Origin: Octopus vulgaris
Lineage: Eukaryota
Assembly (NCBI GenBank): GCA_951406725.2
Contig: OX597835.1
Span: forward strand, 43,586,001-43,650,000
Length of the DNA: 64,000 bases
Reading direction: 5' to 3'
Made by a program: the position numbers and the translations under genes. Shown here piece after piece: positions 1 through 12,190 of the stretch. Within the stretch, counting starts at the first letter, position 1. Each line of letters begins with the position of its first letter. Under the pieces are notes generated by a model. The model ran no database searches. It had not been told where the DNA came from and saw only the letters and a list, made by a program, of their open reading frames with translations.

Positions 1-821
1 CGACAGGCTTCTTTCAGTTTCCGTCAACCAAATCCACTCACAAGGCTTTGGTCGGCCCGAGGCTATAGTAGAAGACACTTGCCCTAGGTGCCACGCAGTG
101 GGACTGAACCCGGAACCATGTGGTTGGGAAGCAAGCTACTTACCACGCAGCCACTCCTGCATATATAATGTGTGAGTTATCGATTCAATCGTAAATCCTT
201 GTTCTTGTTTGATGCAAGGATCAAACTTGAAAGAGATGGAAGGATTTGAACTCAGAATGCAGAAAGCTATAAGTGATTATTACCATTAAGGCCGAAGACT
301 ACGCCTGTTCACCAGATACAACGATTTTAGAAACGTGGGTGTAGAGGGAAGCGGAAGGCTTAATCGATTTCTTTGAACCTGAAAAGATTAATGACTAAAT
401 TGATCTGGAACAAACACCGCAAGGTACTTTTGTCTGTTTCTAACGTGCAATGTCAACCAGCCATGATTGTGACAAAAGACTACCAAACCATATACCAAAA
501 AGTATGTTCGGGTGGTAAGCGACACCAGTTACTCACTCACTTTTTTTTTCGTTTTTAGTGAAAACATCAAACATGGCGTCACTTTGTAATCACGGTGTCT
601 TGGGTTCAATCCCACTGCACTTAATGTATTTTTATTATAAAACTCTTATCTTAGAGAACTTGGTAGAGGAAACTGTGGAAATTGATTAAAGGGGAGGGAG
701 GTATTGATGTTTCTGGGCAAAGCAATCTCAAACAGTCTTGCTGGGGACAGGCAAACCAGCACCTAACGAAAACCCAGATGAAGGGGAGGAAACGGGGTAG
801 GCGACACACCCTACAGAAACC

Positions 822-1040
822 CCGTTTCCAACAGTACAAAATAAGCCCTGCAATGGACAACCTCACGGGAGACATGGAAGCATGACAGACCAAAAACAAG
901 GAGAAAGTCCCCAGAAACTGAAGCCCTAGCAAGCAGTTACACTTGGGGACAACTGCAATCTAGTACCAAAGATTGAGACTGAATGTGGTCTCTTGTTGGC
1001 ACCCTATGCTCCATATGGCATTAAAGGATTAAGAAGAAAA
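822..1040 (+). mobile_element. Decayed RTE-type LINE 3' end (second family)
   Basis: ALQW...WGQL...LVGTLCS.WH-like remnant ending taagaagaa. Confidence 0.45.
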
Positions 1041-1619
1041 TTCCACCCTGGATCGGTTTAACACAACCCCACCCCACCAATACTTGGATGCCTTTGGTAG
1101 AGTCCACTTTGCGCTGGGGTCTCCTGACTGCGGATAAAGCTTTCTCTCGCTTCTTCCTTCAACCAGTGTTGGAAGCCCAGTGTCAATGGATGTTCCTTTA
1201 ACTAAGCCATGAAGTCAAAGGTGTTAATATTTCCAGAGAAAAGCACGCCGGAAAAAATACTTAGCGGCATTTTGCCAGTTCTTACGTTCTGAGTTCAAAT
1301 TCCGCCGAGGCCGACTTTGCCTTTCATCCATTCGGGGTCGTTAAAATAAGTATCAGCTGAGCATTGGGGTCGATATAATGAACTGGCCCCAACTTTCTTG
1401 AAATTGCTGGCCTTGTGTCTATTGTAGAAAGGAATATTCCCAGAGAAAAAAAGAGAGGGAGCTGGCAGAATCGTTAGCACGCCGGATAAAATGATTCGTG
1501 GCATTTCGTCTGTCTTCACATCCTGAGTTCAAATTCTACCAAGGTCGACTTTACCTTTCATTATTTCAGGGTCGATAAAATTGCTAATGAGCCACCTATT
1601 TAATTTGTTATGTATTTAA

Positions 1620-2238
1620 ATAATGTCAACAGCAGGTTACAATGTTTCACCAAAAAGGAGATTTATAATTGTCACTAAATGTGACTACGGTGTTAGGAAA
1701 CACCTACATTGCTAGAAATAAGAGCTAAAACGGTCTAATGCTGTAGTCAATGCACATGAATGAAAACATATACACTAACAGGAACCAAAATTCTCCGAAA
1801 AAAGCCAACTGAGAATCCTTAAGACTGACGTTAGTTTCGTCAATCTCCGTTGCAATCATCAGTTAAGCCAGTTCTGTGTTCGGCTATTTCCTGACCAGTT
1901 TCTTTATTAATGACTGATTTAGCGATTCGCTAATATGTATACACAAAATTAATGTAAACAGCAGGTTGCAATGTTTCACGAAAAAGGAGAATTAAAATTG
2001 TTACTAAATGTGACTTGGGTGTTAAAAAATACCGACATTGCTAGAAATAAGAGCTGCTGTTTACAACTGATGATGGCAAAGGAAATTACCGAAACTGACA
2101 TCGGCATTTTCCGGACAATTATGGTCCCTGTGAGTGTATGTTTTCATTCATGTGCGTTAACTACAGCATTCGTGCATTTTACCTCTTATTTCTAGCAATG
2201 TAGGAGTTTTTTTAACACTCTAGTCAAATTTAGTGACA
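1620..2238. repeat. Foldback element with inverted arms and an internal direct repeat
   Basis: 1669-1786 is an imperfect reverse complement of 2123-2238; 1622-1726 is repeated directly at 1952-2056. Confidence 0.7.
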
Positions 2239-2435
2239 TAGACATATATATATATATATGTGTGTGTGTGTGTTTGTATTTGTCCCCCTCCTACCGTCGC
2301 TTGACAACCGATGCTTGTGTGTTGACGTCTTCGTAACTTAGCGATTCAGCAAAAAAGATCGATAGAATATGATCTCAAAGCTGTGCCCAGCATGGCCACA
2401 GTCTAATGACTGAAACAGTAAAAGATAAAATATAT

Positions 2436-2722
2436 GAAGGCGCGTGGCCGGAGTGATTACAGCAGGGCAGTGCACTTGCGATCGAAAGATCATGGGTTCA
2501 ATTCCTGAGCCGGGTGGTGCGTTGTGTTCTCGTGCAAAAACACTTCATTTCACGTTGGTCCAGTCCACTTAGCTGTAAATGGGTGATCATGTGACGGAAT
2601 AGCCCTCCAATCAGGGGGAATGCTGTCTAGCCAGCAGAGCAGCATCATACCAAAGGTAAAACGATGCAAAGCGCATTGTGACTAGCGATGTATAACATCC
2701 GATAATCCGGTCGCTCACGTGG
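2436..2722 (+). mobile_element. SINE family C (tRNA head, CORE-like middle)
   Basis: ggcgcgtggcc..gtg...ggttcaattcct...gtgttctcgtgcaaaaacacttcattt...ctgtaaatggg. Relatives at 6140-6295, 20438-20690, 20932-21075, 26830-27085 and 52165-52500, with different 3' tails. Confidence 0.75.
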
Positions 2723-2734
2723 TGTGTGTGTACT

Positions 2735-3140
2735 CTTTTTATTCTTTTATTTGTTTCAGTCATTTGACTGCGGCCATGCTGGAGCACCATCTTTAATCGA
2801 GCAACTCGACCCCGGGACTTATTCTTTGTAAGCCCAGTACTTATTCTATCGGTCTGTTTTGCCGAACCGCTAAGTGACGGGGACGTAAACACACCAGCAT
2901 CGGTTGTCAAGCAATGCTAGGGGGACAAACACAGACACAGAAACACACACACGCATATATACATATGCATATATACGACGGGCTTCTTTCAGTTTCCCTC
3001 TACCAAATCCACTCACAAGGCTTTGGTCAACCCGAGGCTATAGCAGAAGACACTTGCCCAAGGTGCCACGCAGTGGGACTGAACCCAGAACCATGTGGTT
3101 GGTAAGCAAGCTACTTACCACACAGCCACTCCTGCGCCTA
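2735..3140 (-). mobile_element. SINE family A (tRNA-like head, internal microsatellite, AAAGAGT tail), full-length copy
   Basis: A/B-box-like head ggctgtgtggtaag...ggttcagtccc; more than 25 full or partial copies in the window. Confidence 0.9.
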
Positions 3141-3720
3141 TGTATGTATTATTAATAATCGGCTGAAGTTCGAGACTCAAAATTCTCGGCACTTGACAAA
3201 AAGAAAAAAAAAGACTAGTTTGAAGGTGGTGCTCCAGCATGGCTGCAGTCTGACGACCGAAACGTTTTGTGTCCTATTTTTTGTTTGCACAGTCGTCCTG
3301 GCAACATTTATAGCCCCCACCCCCACCACGAGCAGATGAAGGCATTGGGCCCTAAAGTATTTATTTACCGAAAGCAAGTCAGAGGAAACATAGATCAGAA
3401 TTCGGCCCCTTAGATTTGTAGGGCTCCTGGGTAATGCTCCCTGTGACCCTGCCCTAAAACGGTTCTGCACCAAACACATACAAGGATTCTTTTCCTTCTT
3501 TCAGCTGTTTGACTGCGGCCATGATGGAGCACCGCCTTGAAGGGTTTAAGTCGAGCAAATCAACCCCAGGACTTATTCTTTGTAAGCCTAGTACTTATTC
3601 TGTCGGTCCCTTTTGCCGAACCGCTAAGTTACGGGGGCGTAAACATACCAACACCAGTTGTCAAGCGGTGATGGGTGGGGACACACACATACATACATAC
3701 ATACACGCATACATATGCAT

Positions 3721-3752
<32 letters not shown>

Positions 3753-3842
3753 ACACACACACACACACACATCTTTTTATTAAAATTTTATGTATTGATA
3801 TCTTTCCTTGTTTGTTTTGTGTGGTTTTGTCTCTAATTAATA

Positions 3843-3895
3843 TTATATAATATATATTATATATATTATATATATATATATATATATATGATATA

Positions 3896-3981
<86 letters not shown>
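3843..3981. repeat. (TA)n microsatellite
   Basis: Seen directly. Confidence 0.97.
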
Positions 3982-3983
<2 letters not shown>

Positions 3984-5055
3984 AGGGGCTTTTTTCAGTT
4001 TCTGTCTACGAAATCCTCTCACGAGGCTTTGGTCGCCCCAAGGCTGTAGTAGACAGTTGCACAAGGTGCCATGCAGTGGGACTGAACCCGGAACCATGTG
4101 GTTGTATGTAATATAATGTTTCTGTAATTTGTCCCCAACATTCGTTATAAGTTACAAGGATGTAACTTAGCGGTCCGATAATTAGACCGATTGAATAAAA
4201 AGCAGACTTTATTAACAAAATAACTACTCGGGTTAATTTGTCCGAGTAAAAAAAGTCCTCAAGGCGTTGCCCCAGCATGGCCGCATCAAAATCTGAAGTC
4301 GTGCAGAGCTGAATGTAAACCAATGACTTAACGTTGGTCGCCTTTCTATTTATAACTATGGTGTAACAGGACAGCCTCTACATGGTCACTGAGCATACTA
4401 GAAATAGCAGCCAAATCTTACTCAAACCACAGCGGGCCGTCTGAGAAAACGAACATTCGCTAATTAGGTCAGTGTTTAACTATTACTGGGAAATAGCAAA
4501 CAGTGGTCATAGCTGGAATGTCTTTCAGCATAGACAAATCTGCTCATGAAAACTTGAACAGCTATTAAGTTTTCCGACGTAAGGGAAATAAATCTTCCAC
4601 TGAGTGATTAGAGTTACTTCCCTTGTGTTAAAAAAAAAAGCAAGTAAATGTAATTAGTATTAGTGGACATTAGTAGTCGTTAGTAGTTACCAGTTACTTT
4701 TTGGATCATTACATTTTTGATGGTGAGAGTGATAAGGGAGTGCCCGTAACGCGATGCAGAACAAATAGATCGTTTGTGCAGTCACTGATTTTCGGTTTTC
4801 ACGATTTCTTTTCGTTTTGCACACAGCTATGCAAACATTTAACTGATAATTTACAAATTACTATTTTAATTAAAATTCTTTTATTCACAAATTATTTCAA
4901 AAACAAAAGAAATAACTGAATTTAATAATCATAATAAAAAGACCATTAAAAGTGTTCCTGAGTGCATCTCATGCTATTTTATAGAAAACATTTCTAATTT
5001 TCGTTTTTGGATTTGGTTTGCAAGATTCTTTATATGAGTTCGTGTGTTGAAGCAT

Positions 5056-5341
5056 ATTCTGTTGTGTCTGGGGAGAGTCATTCACTTTTAGTGCCTTATT
5101 ATTTAACACACTAACCGGTAAAATTTCCACTTATTTCTTATTTTTATTTTCCTAAAATTTTTGTTGTGTCTTGCAACCTTTTCAATAGTCTTGACTTTTG
5201 ACTCAAAACTATTGAAAAGGTTGCAAGACGCAACAAAAATTTTAGGAAAATAAAAATAAGAAATAAGTGGAAATTTTATCGGTGAGTGTGTTAAATAATA
5301 AGGCACTAAAAGTGAATGACTCTCCCCAGACACAACAGAAT
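5056..5341. repeat. Long near-perfect palindrome (~133 bp arms)
   Basis: 5056-5189 is the reverse complement of 5208-5341; a second copy lies at 27838-28126. Confidence 0.92.
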
Positions 5342-6585
5342 TTCTAATTTTACTCATTGCAATATATGTCACCATTAAAAATTTCAACAACAAACTTATC
5401 TTAATATTTTACTGGAAACTTAGTTAACTTTTTTTTTGTTTTCTTCTTTATTTTAATTTTTTTTTAATTGTTTTTTGTTTGTTTTGTTTTGTTGTTTTCT
5501 CTTCTCAGCAAAATCTTAAAAGGTTGGTTTGATACTTCCAGATCACGACTCCAGAATTTCAGGAAAAGTTTTAAAACAGACAAACAGATTTTATTGATAA
5601 CAGCAGTTTTTTCACTTTTGTATGAAATAAATTTACAATTGTTTTCATTCATTATCTTTTTATGCAGACACAGCCTTACACACACACACACAGTAAATAA
5701 ATTCCCCTTAAACGCTCTCACAAAAACTTACACGCAATCACACTAAAGTGGTACTTCCCGGATACTTTATTGAATATTTACCAGAATCTTTCAGTGAACC
5801 CAAACTTACAGTCAGTAATCCAGTTAAAAAAAAAAAATATTGAGGGAAGATTTTTTTTCTTTCCTTAAAAAAAAAAAAGAGGGGAAGAAAAAACACAATG
5901 TGGAAACAAAACCCACTCATATTCTAAACTGGCCCTCGTGCCGGTGGCATGTAAAAGCACCCACTACACTCTCGGAGTGGTTGGCATTAGGAAGGGCATC
6001 CAGCTGTAGAAACTCTGCCAGATCAGATTGGAGTCTGGTTCGCCAGACCTCAGTCAAATCGTCCAACCCATGCTAGCATGGTAAGCGGACGTTAAACGAA
6101 GATGATGATGATGATTCAGTGCAACACCCAATGTAACATAACTGGCCCCTTTGAATTACAGGTACTTCTCACTTTTGCAAGCTGAGTAGACTGGAGCAAC
6201 ATGAAGTAAAGTGTCTTGCTCAGGGGCACAACACACCACTGGGAATTGAACTTACAACCACAAGTTGAATACTCTAACCATTGAGCCATACTCCTCTCAT
6301 AGCTATAAAAAAAGGCCCTATTCTTCTCAATGGGTAGGGATTAGATTATCAAAAAGAGGGCACAGTATTGATGTAAGCCCCACCATCACCACCACCACTA
6401 ACAACATAAATTACCGAGTGGTTAATGAAGAAATGATAACGAGGACACGAGGAATGTCCTGCAACTATAATGATAAAGCTGTGCATCACATACGGCCATG
6501 CTGGAGCATGGACAATTAAATCTTACACCAACCAACAGCATTTATTAACAAAAGCAAAAATATTCCACAATGGCTGGAAAATAAC

Positions 6586-6620
<35 letters not shown>

Positions 6621-6770
6621 ATAAATACATGTTTGTATATGCATACACATAGGTATGAAAATAAATATATAGAAATGTACATACATATACAACGTGTGTG
6701 TGTATAGATACATGTGTGCATACATGTATATAGATACACATATGCTTATATGTGTGTGTGTGTGTGCATG

Positions 6771-6820
<50 letters not shown>

Positions 6821-6822
<2 letters not shown>

Positions 6823-7218
6823 CACAGGGGTGGCTGTGTGGTAAGTAGTTTGCTTGCCAATCACATGGTTCCAGGTTCAGTCCCACTGTGTTGCACCTTG
6901 GGCAGGTGTCTTCTACTATAGCCTCAGACCAACCAAAGCCTTGTGAATGGATTTGGTAGACGGAAACTGAAAGAAGCCAGTCGTATATATGTGTGCGTGT
7001 ATGTTTGTGTGTCTGTGTTTGTCCCCCTAGCATTGCTTGACAACATTGCTGGTGTGTTTATGTCCCCGTCACTTAGCGGTTTGGCAAAACAGACCGATAG
7101 AATAAGTACTGGGCTTACAAAGAATAAGTCCCGGGGTTGAGTTGCTCGATTAAAGGCGGTGCTCCAGCATGGCTGCAGTCAAATGACTGAAATAAGTAAA
7201 AGAGTAAAGAGTAAAGAG
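6821..7218 (+). mobile_element. SINE family A
   Basis: Full-length copy following (TA)n. Confidence 0.9.
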
Positions 7219-7577
7219 ATATCTATAAAATATAAAAAAAAAACCTACAGGTAACAAACCTGTTGTAGTTTGCTATTTGGTTGCTGATTGCCTACAGGTG
7301 AAAGCTGGTAGTGAAACTGTGCAGCAACTGGAGAAGGATGCATTTAGAAGGATGCAGCAAGTGTAAAGAATGAAAGAGGGGGCGGGAGAAAGGAGGGAAA
7401 GATAGAAGCAACTGTTGAAAGAGTTCCGACCATCTGTGGCAGTTTCTTAATGTTTGCCAATCAACAGGTAAGAGAACAGGTGCGAAAACAGTTAATCCAT
7501 AAATAACATGTTTAAAGAATGGCACTTTCTAGTAGTTAGTTACTGAAACTACCAAGAACAATAAGGTTGACAGTAAT

Positions 7578-7661
7578 ATGATGATGATGATGATTATTGT
7601 TATTAATATTATAATTATTATTATTATTATTATTATTATTATTGTTTTTATTATTATTGTT

Positions 7662-7692
<31 letters not shown>

Positions 7693-8020
7693 TTGTTATT
7701 ATTATTATTATTATTATTGTTTTTATTATTATTGTTATTATTATTGTTGTTGTTATTATTATTATTATTGTTATTATTATCTTTTTTTTCTTCTTCTTTC
7801 AAATTTGCTTCCATTTCTTGCCGAGTGTCTTCCCGACTCCTAGGGCAAAGAAACTCATAGTATACATTGGTAGGCCATTAAACTAAACTCACTAGTTCGT
7901 TCATTTTTTTTTTTAAAGTTAAATATTATTATTGTTATTATTATTAATATCATCATCATTATTATTATTGTTATTATTATTAATGCTAATATTATTATTG
8001 TTATTATTACTATTATGATT

Positions 8021-8065
<45 letters not shown>

Positions 8066-8082
8066 ATTATTATTATTATTAT
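7578..8082. repeat. (ATT)n/(GTT)n microsatellite blocks
   Basis: Seen directly at 7578-7780 and 7925-8082. Confidence 0.95.
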
Positions 8083-8415
8083 TCAGTAGTTTTATTTTTA
8101 TAGCGTGATTTCACTTCACTACCGAGCGCAGCTCTGTGTGCCTTGGGTATGTGCTGTGATTTGTTGTGGTGCTCTGATGGTTACTGTATGGAAAGTGTTC
8201 TGCGTAGGATGTGTGCAGTGCCTAGTAGTGCAATTTTCTGTATGTTATATATGTGTTTGTAAGTCCTGGTGTTTTTGTTAAGTATTTGTCTGAATATTTT
8301 TTTATCAAACGTTTTATCATACCTAAGGCACCTATTATGATAGGAATTGTTTCTGATTTTAGATTCTACATTCGAGTTACCTCTATTTCCAGGTCTTTGT
8401 ATTTTGAAGGTTTCT
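8083..8415 (-). mobile_element. 3' end of an R4/Dong-like RLE non-LTR retrotransposon abutting (TAA)n
   Basis: KYKDLEIEVTRM*NLKSETIPIIIGALG...IQKIALLGTAHILRRTL, a short 3' UTR, then TAA repeats. Confidence 0.8.
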
Positions 8416-8714
8416 CCATTTCTCTCGCGACCATGCTGCTTGGCTCCAATGGTTTGGGGTCTGAGCAAGTGCTCGTTTTTATCTCTTCCCTGTTTTCTTT
8501 CTTCCATCCACGCTTGTTCTCTTTTGGTAGGCAACATCCTCTCCTCTCCTCTCCAACAGGTAGATGGATGAGGTTCTATCAGAATGGAGAGAGCTGCGTT
8601 TGTCAGTTCCGGTTACAGTGGAGGATAGACGGAAACAGTGAGTAAGGGATAATTTGTGTTCAGGTGCCACTTTTTGCTCTCTCCTTGATCAATCTGATCA
8701 ATTTTCAAGGTGTG

Positions 8715-9435
8715 CCTACTTTCAGCTAGTGCAAAATTCTCGGAGGACTGGATTGATGCCCTGCCTGTGGCCAACTTTGAAGGTCTACTCAGTCTAGGAT
8801 GAATTCCGCATCTCCATCACACTCAGAGCGGGAGCTGACGTCTGAAGGGGATTGAGATGCCGCTGTTGTAGGCCCCATGACACCACAGGTCTTTTCGGTC
8901 TGCCTTGCTGCCTAAATGTTACACCGAGCTAAACGCAATCATTAAGTGGGCCCTGGCCCAGATTAATATCCCCTCGGTTCTGGAGACGTTGGGGGTTATC
9001 CAGAAGTAAATGGAAAAAGACCAGATGGTCTTACCCTCTGTCCCTGGGTTAGAGGTAGGTGTTTCATTTGGGACGCCACAGTCTGCGACTCCTTTGATCC
9101 CTCCTACATCCTGGATGCTACAGTTAATCGGAATGTCACTGCATCCATAGCCGAACTGAAGAAAACCCTGAAGTATCGGGGACCTTACAGTGAACTATCG
9201 CTTCCAACCTGCAGCGTTTGAGACATTTGGAGGGACTGGGCCATTAACCGCGAAGTTCTTGTCAACATTGGCAGCTTGCCCCACCGAGGGGTCAGACGAT
9301 GCTCGTGAGTGTGCTTGGCTTTCCCAACGCTTCGCCATCGCCCATGATAATGCTGCGAGCGAAATGGCTTGCTTCAGTATGTTCCATTAAACCTCGAGAT
9401 GTGCGACAAGTTGTTGCTGTGATAAGAAAAAAAAA
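8715..9435 (+). mobile_element. 3' part of a CRE-like RLE non-LTR retrotransposon
   Basis: H.ELNAIIKWAL, RPDGLTLCPW..GR..IWDATVCD, KKTLKY, FQPAAFETFG, WLSQR..NAAS; A-rich tail at 9425-9435. Confidence 0.78.
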
Positions 9436-9775
9436 TTCCCCACTAATGGTTTCAATACAGCTTTATCGGAGAGACTAGTTTAAGGTGACCCGATCTACGC
9501 GCAGGTGAGGGTGTGGTTGTTACTTTCTGTTGCTTCCTTTCTGTTTCTTATCGCCACATTCTCCCTCTTTGTTTTTCTCTCCTTTCTCTCTCACTTTCCC
9601 ACTCTCTTATTCTGCCTTTCTCTCGGACTCTCCCTCGCTTTCTCTTACTCTCTATCTATCTCTATCTATCTGTCTCCCATTTATAAAAAATTAGATTTCC
9701 GTGCTTAAATTACACATCCGCTCCACTTTACCATGTTGAAAATTAGATTGAAATCAGGTAAAAGGTGTCCAATCA

Positions 9776-9881
9776 TAAAATAACTTAGCGGTTCACCAAA
9801 GGTTATCGATAAAATAACTTAGCAGTTTGCCAAACGTGATCGATAAAATAACATAGCGGTTTGCCAAACGTGATTGATAAA
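9776..9881 (+). repeat. 34 bp tandem repeat, three units
   Basis: aaaataacttagcggttt/cgccaaacgtgatcgat units resembling an internal SINE A segment. Confidence 0.8.
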
Positions 9882-11704
9882 CTAGAGAGAGGTACTGTGT
9901 GTATCTGTGAAAGTGTGTGTATGTTCGCCAATCAAATTACTGGAATATGAATCCATATTAGAGAATGTTCTATAGTATTCCAGGAAATATGCGATTTTGT
10001 AGTTATATAAGCAAAACATGCTTGAACAAATCAGACAGTGGAACACTTTGGAAGCGGAACCCTTGCTTCGATAAGTTTTCTTTGACTGAAATTCAGAATC
10101 GAGTTAAAAGGAATGCTTCAACTAGGACAGACAAGTGTAGCTGTGATTCGAAACCGAACTGCTTGGTAACCGGTCAGACATCACGACCAAACCACAATAG
10201 TTTCACGTGAACGGTCTATTTAGCAACTAATCAACGTCAGGCCATCGCATGATTCAATTTTCTAGAAGCTTTTCTTGGTACCCTACAAAAGGGCCGCTTT
10301 GCAGAGTGTTGAGAGCAGCTGAATCATTCACACGTGTCACCTCTTCCCATGCAGAATGTTGAAGCAACTGAGCAATATGTGTTTCCATTCTTTCCACTCC
10401 AGACGACCCCGGAAGACAGCTAAGACTATTGGCACAGATAGATGACTAGGGACCGCTGTCGCTCCGATGATGGTACAATTGTTTTCAGATATTTTGGGCA
10501 TGGTGCACGTTGCCGCACCAATAGCCTGCCGTAAACTCCAAGCAGTATATCTCTTCCATGTAATTATTGCTGTTGTTAATAGTAAAAGACCAACGCAATT
10601 TATCTTTACGTGCGATAATAAATTCTGTTAAATGTTTGTGGGTGTTGTGCAATTTCTGCTTCTCGGAGCTCAAGAAACGTACTTTCATTCACCGACTCAA
10701 CAATTTTAACATGTGACATGAACATTATTTTCGTTTGCCACGCGAAGATAATCCTAGTAGCTTTCATCAACCGAATACATGTCATTGATTGGCTGAAATT
10801 ACCCGAATATGACAACTTTAACACGAAATAACTTCTAAAATACGAAATTTTGTCCAAAACATTCAGAGTAAACTTTGTTCTGCGTGAGAAATTCTACCAA
10901 TATTCGAAGTTTCAAAGTGTTTAGTTAAAAAAATTAATTAAAAGATCTGTGATTGAGATGGAATAGATCCCTTTTTAGTAATTTAATTACAACTACATTA
11001 CGCTTCTGGTAAACTATTCTGTAATTATGTCACTATTGTAATTTACTTCGATGAAAATAAATGTTATTTTAGCAATATTCGTTGTTGATTTATTATAGGA
11101 CAACACGAAGCCGCTGAACTTAACACCAAGCAACAAATAGCCGTACAGCCTGTACGACACTGCTTTATTTCATCGACCTTGAAAGGAGGACGGGTAAAGT
11201 TGATCCCAGTAGGATTGGAACACAGAACATCAGGAACCAGAAGAAATGCTCCTAAGCAGGCGTGGCTGTGTGGTAAGAAGCTTGCTTTCCAATCACATGG
11301 TTCCGGGTTCAGTTTCACTGCGTGGGACTTTGGGTAAGTGTTTTCAGCTTTATCCTTCGGGCCGACCATTGCCTTGTGAGGAGCAGATTTGGCAGAGGGA
11401 AACTAAATGAAGCCCATTGTGTATGTGTGTGTGTGTGTGTGTGTGTCTTTGTGCCTGTGTTTGTCCCCCACTATTGCTTGACAACTGGTGTTGGTGTGCT
11501 TACGCGTAACTTAGCAGTTCGGTAAAAGAAATCGATGGAATACATATAACGCTTAACAAAGTCCTGGGATCGATTTGTTCGACTAAAATTCTTTGTAACA
11601 CACACACACACACACACAGATATATACGACGAGCTTCTTTCAGTTTCCGTCTACGAAATCCACTCATAAGGCCATGGTCGGCTCGAGGCTATAGTAGAAG
11701 ACTA

Positions 11705-12114
11705 CCTTTGAATTAGTCATTACTCATTTTACCCCATTTCAGACATCAGTTTTTGAAACTTGAGAATTATCAGATTAGTCATTGCCGTGGGGAAAAGATT
11801 AACTTGGATTCCAACAGAGAAATTTATTGATTGTCCAACACCAAAAATTATCCAGATATTTTATTAGCAACCTCAATTATAATTTTGAGGGAAAATTTCT
11901 TGAAAGCAGAGGACCTGCCACCTGACTCCTTTGGACTCCTTCAACTTCAGCATCAACAACAAAGCAGACCAATTTTTTTTGTTGCTAATTATAATTCTGA
12001 TAATAATATAGCAATACAAAATGACGATGCAATACCTGCAAAGTGACAATTTCAAACAGATAGAGAAAAAATAACGGTAAATCGGAAGTTACTCATTTTG
12101 CCCCGCTTACCGTA
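11705..12114. mobile_element. Possible DNA transposon end fragment (pogo/Tc1-like)
   Basis: Repeated ttactcatttt(a/g)cccc motif; end ...ccccgcttaccgTA. Confidence 0.35.
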
Positions 12115-12190
12115 CAATTCTTAATATTATTTGAATATGGAAATGCAATATGATTTTTTTAAACATCGAATGGCTCGTAGGGTCAATTTG

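Noticed and set aside
568-600. AAACATGGCG (YY1/initiator-like) as a gene start
   Set aside because: Runs into SINE-like sequence and no downstream exons could be linked.
2611-3155. Recurring 60-140 aa ORFs such as MLGGQTQT... and ...GRRKLKEA
   Set aside because: Chance frames in SINE A copies with inconsistent stops between copies.
7536-7886. Poly-Asn, poly-Ile and poly-Leu ORFs
   Set aside because: Translations of (ATT)n.
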